Source of the DNA: Halodesulfurarchaeum sp.
GTDB taxonomy: Archaea > Halobacteriota > Halobacteria > Halobacteriales > Halobacteriaceae
Direction of reading: 5' to 3'
DNA length: 64,000 nucleotides
Assembly: GCA_034520565.1 (NCBI GenBank)
Contig: JAXHNL010000002.1
Location: 1,504,001-1,568,000 of the forward strand
Shown here piece after piece: positions 1-10,216 of the stretch (its first letter is position 1; every line of letters begins with the position of its first letter). The position numbers and the translations under genes were made by a program. The notes under the pieces are model-generated. The model saw only the letters and a list, made by a program, of their open reading frames with translations. It did not search any database and was not told the origin of the DNA.

Positions 1-280
1 ACAACACGAGGGCCGTCGCGACCGTCCAGGAGATCTCGAGAGCCCTGTTTTCTCCGGTCGGTTTTGGCTCCTCGTTTTTCCGGAACCTCAGGACCGTATA
101 GAGCAACAGGGCCGTCATGAAGACGCCGATGGGAACAGCCAGCAGCAGGAGGTCCCGATTCAGGTCCATGATGAGGTCTCTCGTCGTCGACTGGGCGGCG
201 GCCGGCGCCGCGAACACGACAAGACTTCCGAGTGCGATCGCCGTGGCTGTGCCGACCTTGCGGATGACTGAACGGATCAT
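1..280 (-). CDS. coxB: Cytochrome c oxidase subunit II, N-terminal part (runs off window start)
   Basis: Not in ORF track. Manual translation from ATG at 280: MIRSVIRKVGTATAIALGSLVVFAAPAAAQ...LLLAVPIGVFMTALLLYTVLRFRKNEEPKPTGENRALEISWTVATALVL; signal-like N-terminus, TM helix and LEIxWT motif of CoxII; ATGA overlap with coxA stop. Confidence 0.88.
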   Translation of the reverse strand, partial: MIRSVIRKVGTATAIALGSLVVFAAPAAAQSTTRDLIMDLNRDLLLLAVPIGVFMTALLLYTVLRFRKNEEPKPTGENRALEISWTVATALVL

Positions 281-2010
281 GATTGTTCCTCCCGTGATGG
301 GTTTGCTTCGGACTCCTCGGTACCACCGTCGGTCAGCGGTTTCACGCGATTCTGCTCGAACCACTCCCAATCCGGGGTTTTGAGCCCGTCTGGCTCCAGG
401 TCCCAGGGATCGCCGGTACGGACTCGATCCCCGTACAGCCAGGAGAGGATCACGTTCACGAGACCGATGACCATCCCGATCGCGATGATGTACGCGCCGA
501 GGGTGGAAAGCACGTGCATGTCGAAAAACTGCGGCAGGTAGGTCGCGTACCGTCTGGGCATGCCACCCCAGCCCATGATCATCATGGCGGTGAACGTGAG
601 CTGCGTGCCGACGAAGGTAAACCAGAAGTGGATCTTCCCGGTCACCTCGTCGTAGTACCGTCCGGTAAAAAGCGGGAACCAGTAGTAGAAGCCAGCGAAC
701 ACCGCGAAGACGGCACCGCCCATCAGCATGTAGTGGAAGTGACCGACGATGTAGTAGGTGTCATGGACGTAGATGTCGACGGGGATTGCACCGAGGAAGA
801 CGCCGGTGATTCCACCGACGATGAAGTTAAAGATGAATCCGAGCGCAAACAACATCGGCGTTTTCAGACGGATCCGGCCGTTCCACAGGGTGGTAATCCA
901 GTTGAATGCTTTCACCGCACTCGGCACCGCGATGGCCAAGGTCACTGCCATGAAACTCGCCCGAATACGGGGGTCGATTCCCGTCGTGAACATGTGGTGG
1001 GCCCAGACGCCGAAGGAGAGGACGCCGATCGCGAGCGTCGAGTAGACGACGAACTTGAAACCGAACAGTTTACGACCGGAAAACCGCGGTATGACGAGGC
1101 TGATGATTCCCATCGGTGGGAGGATGAGGATGTACACTTCCGGGTGGCCGAAAAACCAGAAGAGGTGCTGCCAGAGGATCGGTGAACCGCCCTCGATGGC
1201 AAAAAACGTCGTGCCGAAGTTTCGGTCCATGATCAGCATGATGAGTGCGGCCCCCAACATTGGAAACGCGAAGACGATCTGTCCGGCCTGGGTGAGGATG
1301 GTCCAGGAAAAGATGTCGAGTTCGCCCCAGGAGACTTCCCGTTCGGTAAAGACGGTCGTGATGAAATTGATTCCACTCAAAATCCCACTCACGCCGATCA
1401 GATGTTGACCGAGCAGGAAGAGGTCCACGCCGGCATTCGCCGATTGGGAAGCCAACGGCGTGTACATCGTCCACGCAGTCGCGGAGGGTTCGATTACGGG
1501 CAGGAAAAAGCCGGCCCAGATGAGGAGCGCTCCCGGAGGGAGTAGCCAGAATGCGATCGCGTTCACGCGCGGGAACGCCATGTCGTCCGCGCCGAGCAGG
1601 AGGGGGAGGAAGTAGTTCGCAAAGGCCGCCAAAATCGGGGTCCCGAAGACGATGAGCATCGTGGTGCCGTGGGTCGTGAGCAGCGTATTGTACGAATTGA
1701 GGCTAATGATCGTTGCATCGGGGGTCAAAAGCTCCGTTCGCATGAGCAAGACGGATACTCCTGCCCACGCGAAGGCGAAGAAGGCGTAGGCACCATACAT
1801 CAATCCGATGTCCTTGTGATCGACGGTCGTCAACCATCGAAGGATGCCGGCCGGTTTCTCCTCGTGGCTATACACGTCTTCGTGGGCCCCTCGGACACCG
1901 CCGTCCGGGATCAATCGGCTTACCGGTCGATCCCGGGCAAGTCGTGTGGCAACCGCTAGAAGGACCACCCCCATTCCGGCCGAGAGTGCAACGTTCGTGA
2001 TGCCCACCAT
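277..2010 (-). CDS. coxA: Cytochrome c oxidase subunit I (A1-type heme-copper oxidase)
   Basis: DHKDIG, DMAFPR (D-channel), WFFGHPEVY, WAHH, VGHFH, GMPRRY motifs. Confidence 0.97.
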   Translation of the reverse strand: MVGITNVALSAGMGVVLLAVATRLARDRPVSRLIPDGGVRGAHEDVYSHEEKPAGILRWLTTVDHKDIGLMYGAYAFFAFAWAGVSVLLMRTELLTPDATIISLNSYNTLLTTHGTTMLIVFGTPILAAFANYFLPLLLGADDMAFPRVNAIAFWLLPPGALLIWAGFFLPVIEPSATAWTMYTPLASQSANAGVDLFLLGQHLIGVSGILSGINFITTVFTEREVSWGELDIFSWTILTQAGQIVFAFPMLGAALIMLIMDRNFGTTFFAIEGGSPILWQHLFWFFGHPEVYILILPPMGIISLVIPRFSGRKLFGFKFVVYSTLAIGVLSFGVWAHHMFTTGIDPRIRASFMAVTLAIAVPSAVKAFNWITTLWNGRIRLKTPMLFALGFIFNFIVGGITGVFLGAIPVDIYVHDTYYIVGHFHYMLMGGAVFAVFAGFYYWFPLFTGRYYDEVTGKIHFWFTFVGTQLTFTAMMIMGWGGMPRRYATYLPQFFDMHVLSTLGAYIIAIGMVIGLVNVILSWLYGDRVRTGDPWDLEPDGLKTPDWEWFEQNRVKPLTDGGTEESEANPSREEQS

Positions 2011-2278
2011 ATAGGTGGTTCCTGCTATGGCTTCACACTAAAATTGGTTTCTGGTACAAATGCCGAAAACGAGAGTTATTTGCGGAAGAACTGGCGAGAA
2101 AAAGAAATCGAGGATCGGACGGAAATTGAGTTTTGTCCCACCATACCGGGGGCACGTGGGTGAGTTTCGTGACGGATATCCTCCGTCGAATCGGCGTCGA
2201 CGTCTCGACCGTTCTTTCGTTCGTGCCGAATTCGATTCGAGGTTTGCGCCAGAATACCCTTACTCGGTCCGCTAACAG

Positions 2279-2626
2279 GTGACAATGACGATGGTCGTCG
2301 AAGCGGTGACGGTTACCGAAAATCCGGTTTTTGCCGGGGTCGTTATCCTTTCCGCTATCGTATCCCTTCCCCTCGCTCTGTTCGGTATTCTCGCGTACAG
2401 ACGCCGCCGAACGACCTCGTATTTGTTGGTTGCGTCGGCCTTCGTGGCGTTTTTCTTGAAATCGGTGGTCGGGATTTTCACGCTCGTCGGGGTCGTTTCG
2501 GTGGAGAGTCATCATCTCATCGAGCACGGGCTCGACATCCTCGTGGTCGGCCTGTTGATCGGGGCCGTCTACCTAGCGAGGGACGCGAACCGATTCGAAG
2601 AGCTTCCGTTCGACGAAGTATCTTGA
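2279..2626 (+). CDS. Small haloarchaeal multi-TM membrane protein
   Basis: 115 aa, three to four hydrophobic helices, HHLIEHGLD motif; start could be 2279, 2285 or 2291. Confidence 0.7.
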   Translation: MTMTMVVEAVTVTENPVFAGVVILSAIVSLPLALFGILAYRRRRTTSYLLVASAFVAFFLKSVVGIFTLVGVVSVESHHLIEHGLDILVVGLLIGAVYLARDANRFEELPFDEVS

Positions 2627-2778
2627 GGGGATTCGAACTGTCGGTGGTTCGGCGGCGATCGCGAATCAATATCGCGTGGTTTCGCCGCTGGTCTCGCCCC
2701 AAAACCCGGCAGAAGCCACCGCGTATTCGAGTCCCCTACCAGAAGGTGTTTTCCCGAGTCACGCGTAACCGTTCGTGT

Positions 2779-3297
2779 ATGAAAAGACGTCAATACGTCC
2801 GGTCGATCGGTGGACTCGTGGGGATTGGAATGCTGGCGGGCTGCAGCGGCGGCGGTTCGAACGATGACGAATCGGAAGAGGCCGGTCCGACCGTCGACAT
2901 GGTGACCGACGGTGGGGAGTACTACTTCGATCCGATCGGACTCTTCGTCGAGCCGGGGACCACGGTAACGTTCAACAACCACAGTGGGTCACACTCTGCA
3001 ACTGCCTACGTCGACGGTCTCGAGGAGGCCGAAACGACGCGAATCCCGGACGGTGGCCCCGAGTTCAATACGGGCATTTTGACTCAAGAAGGGGCCACCG
3101 AAACGGTCACCTTCGATACCGAGGGGACCTACGATTACTACTGCATTCCCCACAAGACGTTGGAAATGGTCGGGCGAATCGTCGTGGGATCGCCAGGGGG
3201 GCCAGCCGAGGGAAGTATGCCCCCGGACGGGGACGTCCCGGATAGCAGCACTATCGTCGATTCGGAATCGATTTCCTACACAGAGTTCCAGGGTTGA
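2779..3297 (+). CDS. Halocyanin-like blue copper lipoprotein (plastocyanin/azurin family)
   Basis: MKRRQY Tat signal, LAGC lipobox, type-1 Cu ligands HSATAY...YYCIPHKTLEM; start reassigned to ATG 2779. Confidence 0.9.
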   Translation: MKRRQYVRSIGGLVGIGMLAGCSGGGSNDDESEEAGPTVDMVTDGGEYYFDPIGLFVEPGTTVTFNNHSGSHSATAYVDGLEEAETTRIPDGGPEFNTGILTQEGATETVTFDTEGTYDYYCIPHKTLEMVGRIVVGSPGGPAEGSMPPDGDVPDSSTIVDSESISYTEFQG

Positions 3298-3453
3298 TCG
3301 CGGTGATCCGGGACATCGGACCGTCATCTGGCAATCGTTTTCTTCCGTATATCGTGGCGTTTCGACACACTTGTAGGCAATCCGGACAATTGCGTTCCGT
3401 CAAACGGACGACTTTTCCACCCGGCGATCGCGTCTCGACCTGAAAGCCCCATC

Positions 3454-4074
3454 ATGACGCTTTCCAAACGGCTCGCTGGCTCCGCTCGCGCCCATCCGGT
3501 TGGAGTAACGGCGCTTTTCAGCGCGATCGGGTATGCGGTCGTGATCGGGTCATTCGCGGATCTCGTGCCGGTACCGCGACTCGAGTACGGGACGGTATTG
3601 CTGTTCGGGGATCTGATCGCGGTAATTAATACGTTCGCTCTGTTCGCACTGCTCGCCGGATGGTGGTTTATCAGGCACGATGCGGTAGAAAAGCACAAAG
3701 CCGCCATGCTCACGGCTTTCGGGCTCATTTTGCTATTCCTCGTCCTCTACGTCTGGAAACAGGCCGGTGGCTTTACCAAGGAGTTCGCCGTCAGCCAGGG
3801 GCAGTTTCTCGCGGAGTACGCCACGCTGGTCACCTACGCCTACTGGGGAATGTTGGCGATCCATATTTTCCTCTCGGTCGTCGCCGTCCCCGTGGTGATT
3901 TACGCGATCGTCCTCGGGCTCACACATTCGACCGCCGAACTGGCCGCCTCTCGACACCCGCAAGTCGGTCGAGTGGCCGTTTTCGTCTGGTCGATTAGTC
4001 TGGGACTGGGTATTCTCACGTATCTCCTGTTGAATCACGTCTATGGGTGGGACGGTCTCCGGCTCGCCGGGTAG
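3454..4074 (+). CDS. DUF420 (CtaM-like) membrane protein
   Basis: HKAAMLTAF, FLVLYV, LAIHIFLS, HPQVGR...W pattern of DUF420; sits in cox cluster. Confidence 0.85.
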   Translation: MTLSKRLAGSARAHPVGVTALFSAIGYAVVIGSFADLVPVPRLEYGTVLLFGDLIAVINTFALFALLAGWWFIRHDAVEKHKAAMLTAFGLILLFLVLYVWKQAGGFTKEFAVSQGQFLAEYATLVTYAYWGMLAIHIFLSVVAVPVVIYAIVLGLTHSTAELAASRHPQVGRVAVFVWSISLGLGILTYLLLNHVYGWDGLRLAG

Positions 4075-4189
4075 GTTGAATAACGGGCCTCAGGGTAGCT
4101 GCTTTCCCGACTGACACCGGAATACCGGATTGCCCCTCCAATTTTCCCCGATGAAAACCACGGCGAGCAAACCGGTCCGAGCGGCGACG

Positions 4190-4630
4190 TTAGAGCGCAG
4201 CGAGGAGACCGGCATCGACGAGCAGCAACAGCGCGACCGTTCCAGCAGCGTTGAATCGGTCTGACGCCACTCCCACTGCATCGCCTGGGGCATCCGTGGC
4301 GAGGGCGTCTGTGAGTGTGCGGGCCGCCAGCTCGACGAACCCGATAAGCAACAGCCACAGGACGGCCATTCCGAGGACGAGATACCCGCCCGTCGTGTTC
4401 ATGATCGCGTCCCCGTACCGGCCTGCCATCATCCCTCCGGAGACGAGAAGGACCGCTGCACTCGCGCGAGAAAGTGTTACCAATCGTGACACGATCGTCG
4501 AAATCGCCGAGGTTTCGAGGGAGCCATTACGGGCGACCGGAAGCACCCCCCAGGTGACAAAGACGACACTCCCGGTCCACAGTGCGGCGAACACGATGTG
4601 CAGAAACGCCATCGCCGAAACGAGGTTCAT
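4190..4630 (-). CDS. CopD-like membrane protein
   Basis: MNLVSAMAFLHIVFAALWTGSVVF (H-x5-W-x-G pattern), four TM helices; start reassigned to ATG 4630. Confidence 0.65.
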   Translation of the reverse strand: MNLVSAMAFLHIVFAALWTGSVVFVTWGVLPVARNGSLETSAISTIVSRLVTLSRASAAVLLVSGGMMAGRYGDAIMNTTGGYLVLGMAVLWLLLIGFVELAARTLTDALATDAPGDAVGVASDRFNAAGTVALLLLVDAGLLAAL

Positions 4631-4777
4631 ACGAGCGAGGTGCACCCTCGTGGTAAAGAAAGTACGCCCACCGGCACGTTCGATAGGGGGCCACCGAATT
4701 GTTCCCCGCATCTGGGACCTCACGGCGGTATCCGCTTCAGGACCAACCTTCATAGCCGGGGAACGCAAGGTGAAGGC

Positions 4778-5716
4778 ATGACTGCGGTGATCAGCGCGGC
4801 CGACGTCTCGAAACGGTACGGCGAGACATGCGCGCTCGATGGCGTCACCCTCGAAGTCGGTTCAGGGGAGGTGTTCGCACTCGTCGGACCAAACGGGGCG
4901 GGAAAAACGACGCTGGTCCGGACGCTCACCGGGACCGAACGTCCCGACGAAGGCTCGATTACCGTTCTCGGGACTGCTCCACTCGAAATCGATTCGGCAC
5001 GAATCGGACTTTTACCCCAGTCGTTCGCTCCACCCCAACGGCTCACCCCTCGAGAATTGATGGTCTATTATGCGGGCCTGTATGACGATCCCCGGTCGGT
5101 CGAAACGGTCCTCGCGGACGTCGGGATGGTCGATTCGGCGGACACCTGGTATGCGAACCTCTCGGGCGGGCAAAAACGTCGGGTCTGTGTTGGGATCGCC
5201 CTGATCAACGACCCCGAAATCCTCTTTCTGGACGAACCGACGACCGGCATCGATCCAGTCGGCCGACGGGACGTCTGGTCACTCCTTCACGGGCTGACCG
5301 CGGGCGGTACGACGATCTTTCTGACGACACACGACATGGGGGAGGCAGCGGAACTCGCCGACCGTGTCGGGTTTCTCGATTCAGGGCGTCTTCTCGCAAT
5401 GGGATCTCCGAACTCTCTCGTCGAGCAATACGCCGGCGAAACGACACTCCGGATCGAGACCGAGTCCCGGCCCGCGGAGGGGACAATCGAAGGATTCGGG
5501 GACGCAGTCGAACGCGACGACTCGGGATTGTCGGTTCGGAGCGTCCAACCCAGTGAAATCGGTGCCATTGTCGAGCAACTCGAACAGACGGGAATCGGGT
5601 ATGGCGCGATCACGTGGACGGAACCGACACTCGAGGACGCATACCTCAGTTTGACCGAGCAGGTCGCTGAAGAACCACCGAGTACAACTGAAAACCCGAT
5701 TTCCGGGCGGAACTGA
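4778..5716 (+). CDS. ABC-2 type transporter ATP-binding protein
   Basis: Walker A GPNGAGKTT, LSGGQ signature, FLDEPTTG, TTH switch. Confidence 0.95.
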   Translation: MTAVISAADVSKRYGETCALDGVTLEVGSGEVFALVGPNGAGKTTLVRTLTGTERPDEGSITVLGTAPLEIDSARIGLLPQSFAPPQRLTPRELMVYYAGLYDDPRSVETVLADVGMVDSADTWYANLSGGQKRRVCVGIALINDPEILFLDEPTTGIDPVGRRDVWSLLHGLTAGGTTIFLTTHDMGEAAELADRVGFLDSGRLLAMGSPNSLVEQYAGETTLRIETESRPAEGTIEGFGDAVERDDSGLSVRSVQPSEIGAIVEQLEQTGIGYGAITWTEPTLEDAYLSLTEQVAEEPPSTTENPISGRN

Positions 5717-6462
5717 TGTCGAGAAACAGCCGCATTTTGGCTGCGACGCGGGCCGCCACGTATTCGTTTCTCCGCCGACGGACGGCCATGTTTTTCACCT
5801 TTGGATTCCCCCTCATTCTGGTCGGGATTTTCGGCGTAATCGTCCAAACGAATCCGACAGGCGGGGGCCTCTTCGGAAATCCGGTTGGCTATTACGTCCC
5901 CGGCTATCTTGCCGTCGTGGTCGTTTTTACGCCCCTGTCCCGTGTTGGAAGCACCATCGCGCGCTACCGGGAGCAGAATCGGTTCGAGAAATTGGCGACC
6001 ACGCCACTGGGGAAAACCGAGTGGCTCCTCGCGGAAACGATCGTCAATACCGGGATTATTTTGGTCGCGAGCGCACTCCTCATCCTCACCATACTGCTTT
6101 TCACCGACGCGACGATCCACCTCTCGTTCCTGCTAATCCCGCTTATCGTCGGTGGCGTGGTCGTTTTCGTCGGCATCGGAGCACTCATCGGTCGGGTGGC
6201 GAAGTCCCAGGACGGCGTTATCGCTGCCAGCAATGCCGTGGCACTTCCCGTGGTTTTTCTCTCGGATACCTTCGTTTCACCGGGAATGCTTCCGGCCTGG
6301 GTACAGGGTGTGATCGAACTCTCTCCGCTGACGTACTTCGCCCGCGGTGTTCGAAACGTGACCTATCTACAGGAACCGGCCGGACACGAATTACTCGTCC
6401 TGCTCGGTCTCGCCGTCTGCTTTTTTGCACTCGGAGCGCTTGCGGTCCCACAGCGGGAATGA
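5716..6462 (+). CDS. ABC-2 type transporter permease
   Basis: Six TM helices, LPAWVQ..LSPLTY motif, coupled to ATPase gene. Confidence 0.92.
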   Translation: MSRNSRILAATRAATYSFLRRRTAMFFTFGFPLILVGIFGVIVQTNPTGGGLFGNPVGYYVPGYLAVVVVFTPLSRVGSTIARYREQNRFEKLATTPLGKTEWLLAETIVNTGIILVASALLILTILLFTDATIHLSFLLIPLIVGGVVVFVGIGALIGRVAKSQDGVIAASNAVALPVVFLSDTFVSPGMLPAWVQGVIELSPLTYFARGVRNVTYLQEPAGHELLVLLGLAVCFFALGALAVPQRE

Positions 6463-6522
6463 GAAAGGGGAGGCTGCTGCTGTAATCCGGGGATTCATAC
6501 GATCGAACTTGGAAACGCCATT

Positions 6523-7185
6523 ATGGGAGGGGTCACCATTGGGCACGTCCGCTTCGACGACGTTCCGACCCCGACGACTGCAGAAATACTGGCCTACGTC
6601 GTCATTTTCGAAATCGGGCTGGTGGTCTCATACGTCCTCGCGACGGACGCGATCATTACGGATCCGCTCGTGCTGATCTATCCCTTCGTCTGGATCGACG
6701 CGAGTCTGCTGGCTTTCCTGAAGACGGATCGGCCGGTTGGATCGACCCGTGGGAAACTGACCGCCGCGTTGGTGGCACTCGGGTATTTCGGCCTGCTCGG
6801 ATATTTCGGTGGCCTGTTTAACACCGGTGTCGAAGTGATGGCCCCTCATTTCAACTGGGGGCCGCCGCCGGGGTACGCACCGGCGTTCATCTACGACAAC
6901 GGCCTGTTCAACCTCGTTCTCGAGCCGTTCAAGGTGGTCGGGTACCTGACGCTCGCGTATTTCGTCTATGCGACGGTGCTCGACGCTGCAGCCGGAGCGA
7001 TTCCCGGGCTCCTCGGACTGTTCTCCTGTATTTCGTGTAGCTGGCCGATTCTCGGGACCATAGCCACCTCGATTTTCGGGAGCGGCTCGGCCGTGACGGC
7101 GTTCGCGTTGAGCCAGTCATACGGGATCGGAACCGTCGTGTTCGTCTCGGCACTCGCACTTCTGTACTACCGGCCGCTCTACTGA
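6523..7185 (+). CDS. Haloarchaeal membrane protein with CxxC motif (unknown function)
   Basis: Multi-TM; IYPFVWID, PPGYAP and LFSCISCSWP motifs. Confidence 0.75.
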   Translation: MGGVTIGHVRFDDVPTPTTAEILAYVVIFEIGLVVSYVLATDAIITDPLVLIYPFVWIDASLLAFLKTDRPVGSTRGKLTAALVALGYFGLLGYFGGLFNTGVEVMAPHFNWGPPPGYAPAFIYDNGLFNLVLEPFKVVGYLTLAYFVYATVLDAAAGAIPGLLGLFSCISCSWPILGTIATSIFGSGSAVTAFALSQSYGIGTVVFVSALALLYYRPLY

Positions 7186-7222
7186 TCCCGAAATTGGGGC
7201 TGCAAAGCGAGCGAAAGCGGAT

Positions 7223-7272
7223 TTCACCTGGGGTCGATGACGTGAACTTCACTTGGGGTCGATGACGTGAAC
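7223..7272. repeat. 25-bp tandem duplication (2 copies, 1 mismatch) spanning the halocyanin stop codon
   Basis: ttcacctggggtcgatgacgtgaac (7223-7247) followed by ttcacttggggtcgatgacgtgaac (7248-7272). Confidence 0.9.
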
Positions 7273-7794
7273 GTTCCCCATCATGCCGGCGGTTTCGTGG
7301 GGGATGCAATAGTAGTGATACCAGCCGGGTTTGTGAAAGGTATGGGCGTACTGCTCGCCCGGTGGGATCGCACCGCCCCCGTTAACGCGTTCGAAAAAGT
7401 CCTTCACGGCCGTGATTTCGTCCTCGAAATCCCCGGAGGCGAAAAAGGTATCGGGGGCAGGCAGTCGGGGGACCGCCGCTTCGTGGTGCCCGTCATCGTC
7501 CGTCGGGCCGAGCATCGCTTCTGCCTCCGGGTGTCGCTCGGTGGCTGCAGTCACCGTATGGATTCGGGAGTCTGTGTTCTCCCATACGAGCGGATCCCCG
7601 ACCCGGACCTCGACGGTCGGGTACTCTGCTGAAACCCAGTCCGGCACATTCTCGGGTATCTCGACAGTCGAGGCGGGGACGAATGCGTTCGAGACCATTC
7701 CCACGTCGTATCCGAGTCCCTCGCCGCTCGCACAGCCGGCAAGCGTCGTGCCCAGCACGGCGGCACCGGTGGCCAGAAACTCGCGCCGGTTCAT
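7249..7794 (-). CDS. Halocyanin-like blue copper lipoprotein
   Basis: MNRREFL Tat signal, LAGC lipobox, IHTVTA...YYCIPHETAGM Cu ligands. Confidence 0.9.
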   Translation of the reverse strand: MNRREFLATGAAVLGTTLAGCASGEGLGYDVGMVSNAFVPASTVEIPENVPDWVSAEYPTVEVRVGDPLVWENTDSRIHTVTAATERHPEAEAMLGPTDDDGHHEAAVPRLPAPDTFFASGDFEDEITAVKDFFERVNGGGAIPPGEQYAHTFHKPGWYHYYCIPHETAGMMGNVHVIDPK

Positions 7795-7881
7795 ACCCGA
7801 GACAGGCAACTGCTCACCAAAAACCTTCGGACCGTCGAATGCCGGTATCGGGAACGACTAAATGGGTTCATCCGATACCGA

Positions 7882-8808
7882 GTGACAATGCAATCGCCTA
7901 CGGACCGATTCGCCGTACCGACCGTGTTTCACCGACCGATCCGGTTCTTGCTCGATCACGCCCGCGAATTCGCCGGGTTGACGGCCGCCTTGACGTTTCT
8001 TCTGGTGCTCGTCGGCGAGTTCACGGCCGCGGCCGGAGCCGGAGCGACGTGTAACTTCACCTATCCCGGCTGTGCGGGGCAACTTTCGCCGATCGGGCTC
8101 ACTATCCCGCAGTTCATCGAGTGGTTTCACCGCTTTTTCGCGATGCTCGTCGGGATCGTCATTCTCGTGAACTCCCTCGTTCTCTGGTACCGGTACACCG
8201 GAACCCGGATCTCGTGGGCCGGGTGGCTCGCCACCCTCTTACTGCCAATCCAGGTATTTTTAGGCGGCGTCACGGTCACATTCGCAACGCTCTTTCCGGA
8301 GGGATATACTCCCGCAGTTCAACTGACTCACCTCGCTACTGCACTGGCCCTTTTCCTGTCGCTGGTCGCTGCATTCGCGTGGATCGATTTGCGCGAAAAC
8401 AACGGCGCGAGTCCGAACCGACTGTATCTCCTGGGATTGATCGGGGTCGGGCTGACGGGACTTCAAACCGTTTTCGCCCCGGGGCTGGTCTATACGTTCT
8501 GGCCGTCAGTGCAGATGGGCTATCACTTCTTCGGTCATCTGGTGGTCGCGACGTTCCTCGTTTCTACCCTCTTTGCACGGTCGCTCGATCTCGTCGACGC
8601 CGGTATCGTCGGTGGAATCGGGACCGTTCTCGGGCTTGCGAACACGTTTCTGGTGATCGGCCTGTTCCTCGTTTCCGAAGGGGTACGGGTGATGGTGTAT
8701 CTCCTGCTTTTCGTGCAGCTTTTCCTCTTTGCCTGGCTGGTCGTGATCGGCTCACGGGCAGACACAGGATCGGAAACCGTCGGTCGTGAAGCAGCAACTC
8801 GGCCCTAA
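7882..8808 (+). CDS. ctaA: Heme A synthase-like protein (COX15/CtaA family)
   Basis: GATCNFTYPGCAG Cys pair, IEWFHR, QVFLGG, THLA heme-ligand pattern. Confidence 0.82.
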   Translation: MTMQSPTDRFAVPTVFHRPIRFLLDHAREFAGLTAALTFLLVLVGEFTAAAGAGATCNFTYPGCAGQLSPIGLTIPQFIEWFHRFFAMLVGIVILVNSLVLWYRYTGTRISWAGWLATLLLPIQVFLGGVTVTFATLFPEGYTPAVQLTHLATALALFLSLVAAFAWIDLRENNGASPNRLYLLGLIGVGLTGLQTVFAPGLVYTFWPSVQMGYHFFGHLVVATFLVSTLFARSLDLVDAGIVGGIGTVLGLANTFLVIGLFLVSEGVRVMVYLLLFVQLFLFAWLVVIGSRADTGSETVGREAATRP

Positions 8809-10216
8809 ACGAGCATCGTATCGAGGACGACGGCAAACAGGAGCGCACCGAGGTAGGCGTTGGCAGCGACGAAGGTCCGCCTTGCTGCCTTGTCCGTCCC
8901 GATCTGATTCAGTTGGACGGCGGCGATAAGGAATACGCCACCGAACACGACGGCGACGCCGGCATAGAGGGGGCCGAGTCCTGTCATCATTCCCAGGAGC
9001 ACTGCTGCAAGCATCGTCGCGCCGAGAAAGCTGGCGATATGCCGTCTGGTGGTCCGCTCCCCGCGAACCACCGGCAGCATCGGAAATCCGGCCCGTGCGT
9101 AATCATCCTTGTAGAGGATCGCGAGATTGTAGAAGTGCGCCGGCGTCCAGAGGAACACGACGACCCCGAGAACGATCGCGGGGACGCCGACGGTCTCGGT
9201 GATCGCCGCCCAGCCGATCAACGCAGGGAGTGCTCCGACAGCCCCTCCGATGACGGTATTCTGGTCCGTGTGGGGCTTCAGTAGCATCGTATATACCACG
9301 CTGTAAAACAGGATGGCGAGCAGTCCCAGCGCCGCTGCGAGCACGTTGACGAATTCGAGGAAGACGACCATTGACGCGACGAGGAGGACGACACCAAACG
9401 CGAGGGCGTGGCGTGGGGGGACGATGTCGGTGACGATCGGCCGATCGTTCGTCCGCTGCATCAACCTGTCACGGTCGCGTTCGTAGACGTTGTTGAACGT
9501 CGCGCTCGCACCGATGGCGAAAATCCCGCCCGCGAGCGTTGCGACTGTCGTTTTGAGGGGTGGAACACCACCGGCAGCGAGGCCCATACTCGCGAGGGCG
9601 ACCAGACTGAGAAGCCACCAGAGGTAGGGCTTCGTCAACCGAACATAGGCCCGCACCCGTTCGACCAGTGTCGGTTGCGGGGTGGAATGACCCGCCCAGC
9701 CGGTTCTTGGGTGGGTGGTGTCCGAAACGACGACGCAGATTCCTGTCGATCGCGATTCGGATTTGCCTGCGCTTCGAGCTGCCAGATCAGCGCCGCCATG
9801 AGTCCCGTGAAAATCGTCATGGCGGTCACCAGATGGACCGCGCCGACCGTGGTCGAAACGCCTGCAACGGCAGCCCTGGCACCCAGAACGACCTGGATGG
9901 GGTACAAGACCGCGGCAGCCACCACTGCCCATTGCACCCGGACCGTGGCGTGTTGAAGCACCGAAATCGTGGTCGCAATAAGGATGAGGCCGACGAGAAG
10001 GGCCGCGAGCCGGTGGCCGATGACGATCGCCGTTGCGGGCGACTCGAGCCACGGCCCGTGACAGAACGGCCAGCTAGAACAGGTAGCTGTCGCACCGGCC
10101 AGCGCGTTCGAAACGCCGCTCAGTACGAGGAGGTAGGTGCCGAGACTTGCCGCGACGAGCAGTGACGTTGGATCCGGATCCCGGAGTCGGGACACCCGTG
10201 GAAGTGACAGATTCAT
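8805..10216 (-). CDS. ctaB: Heme O synthase (protoheme IX farnesyltransferase) with N-terminal CtaA-like domain; frameshifted near 9680-9750
   Basis: N-part in ORF 9635..10408 (CSSWPFCHG, GHRL, QVVLGA, VHL); C-part in ORF 8805..10052 (YVRLTKP, NNVYERDRDRLMQRTNDRP, WTPAHF, DDYARAGFPMLP). Confidence 0.88.
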
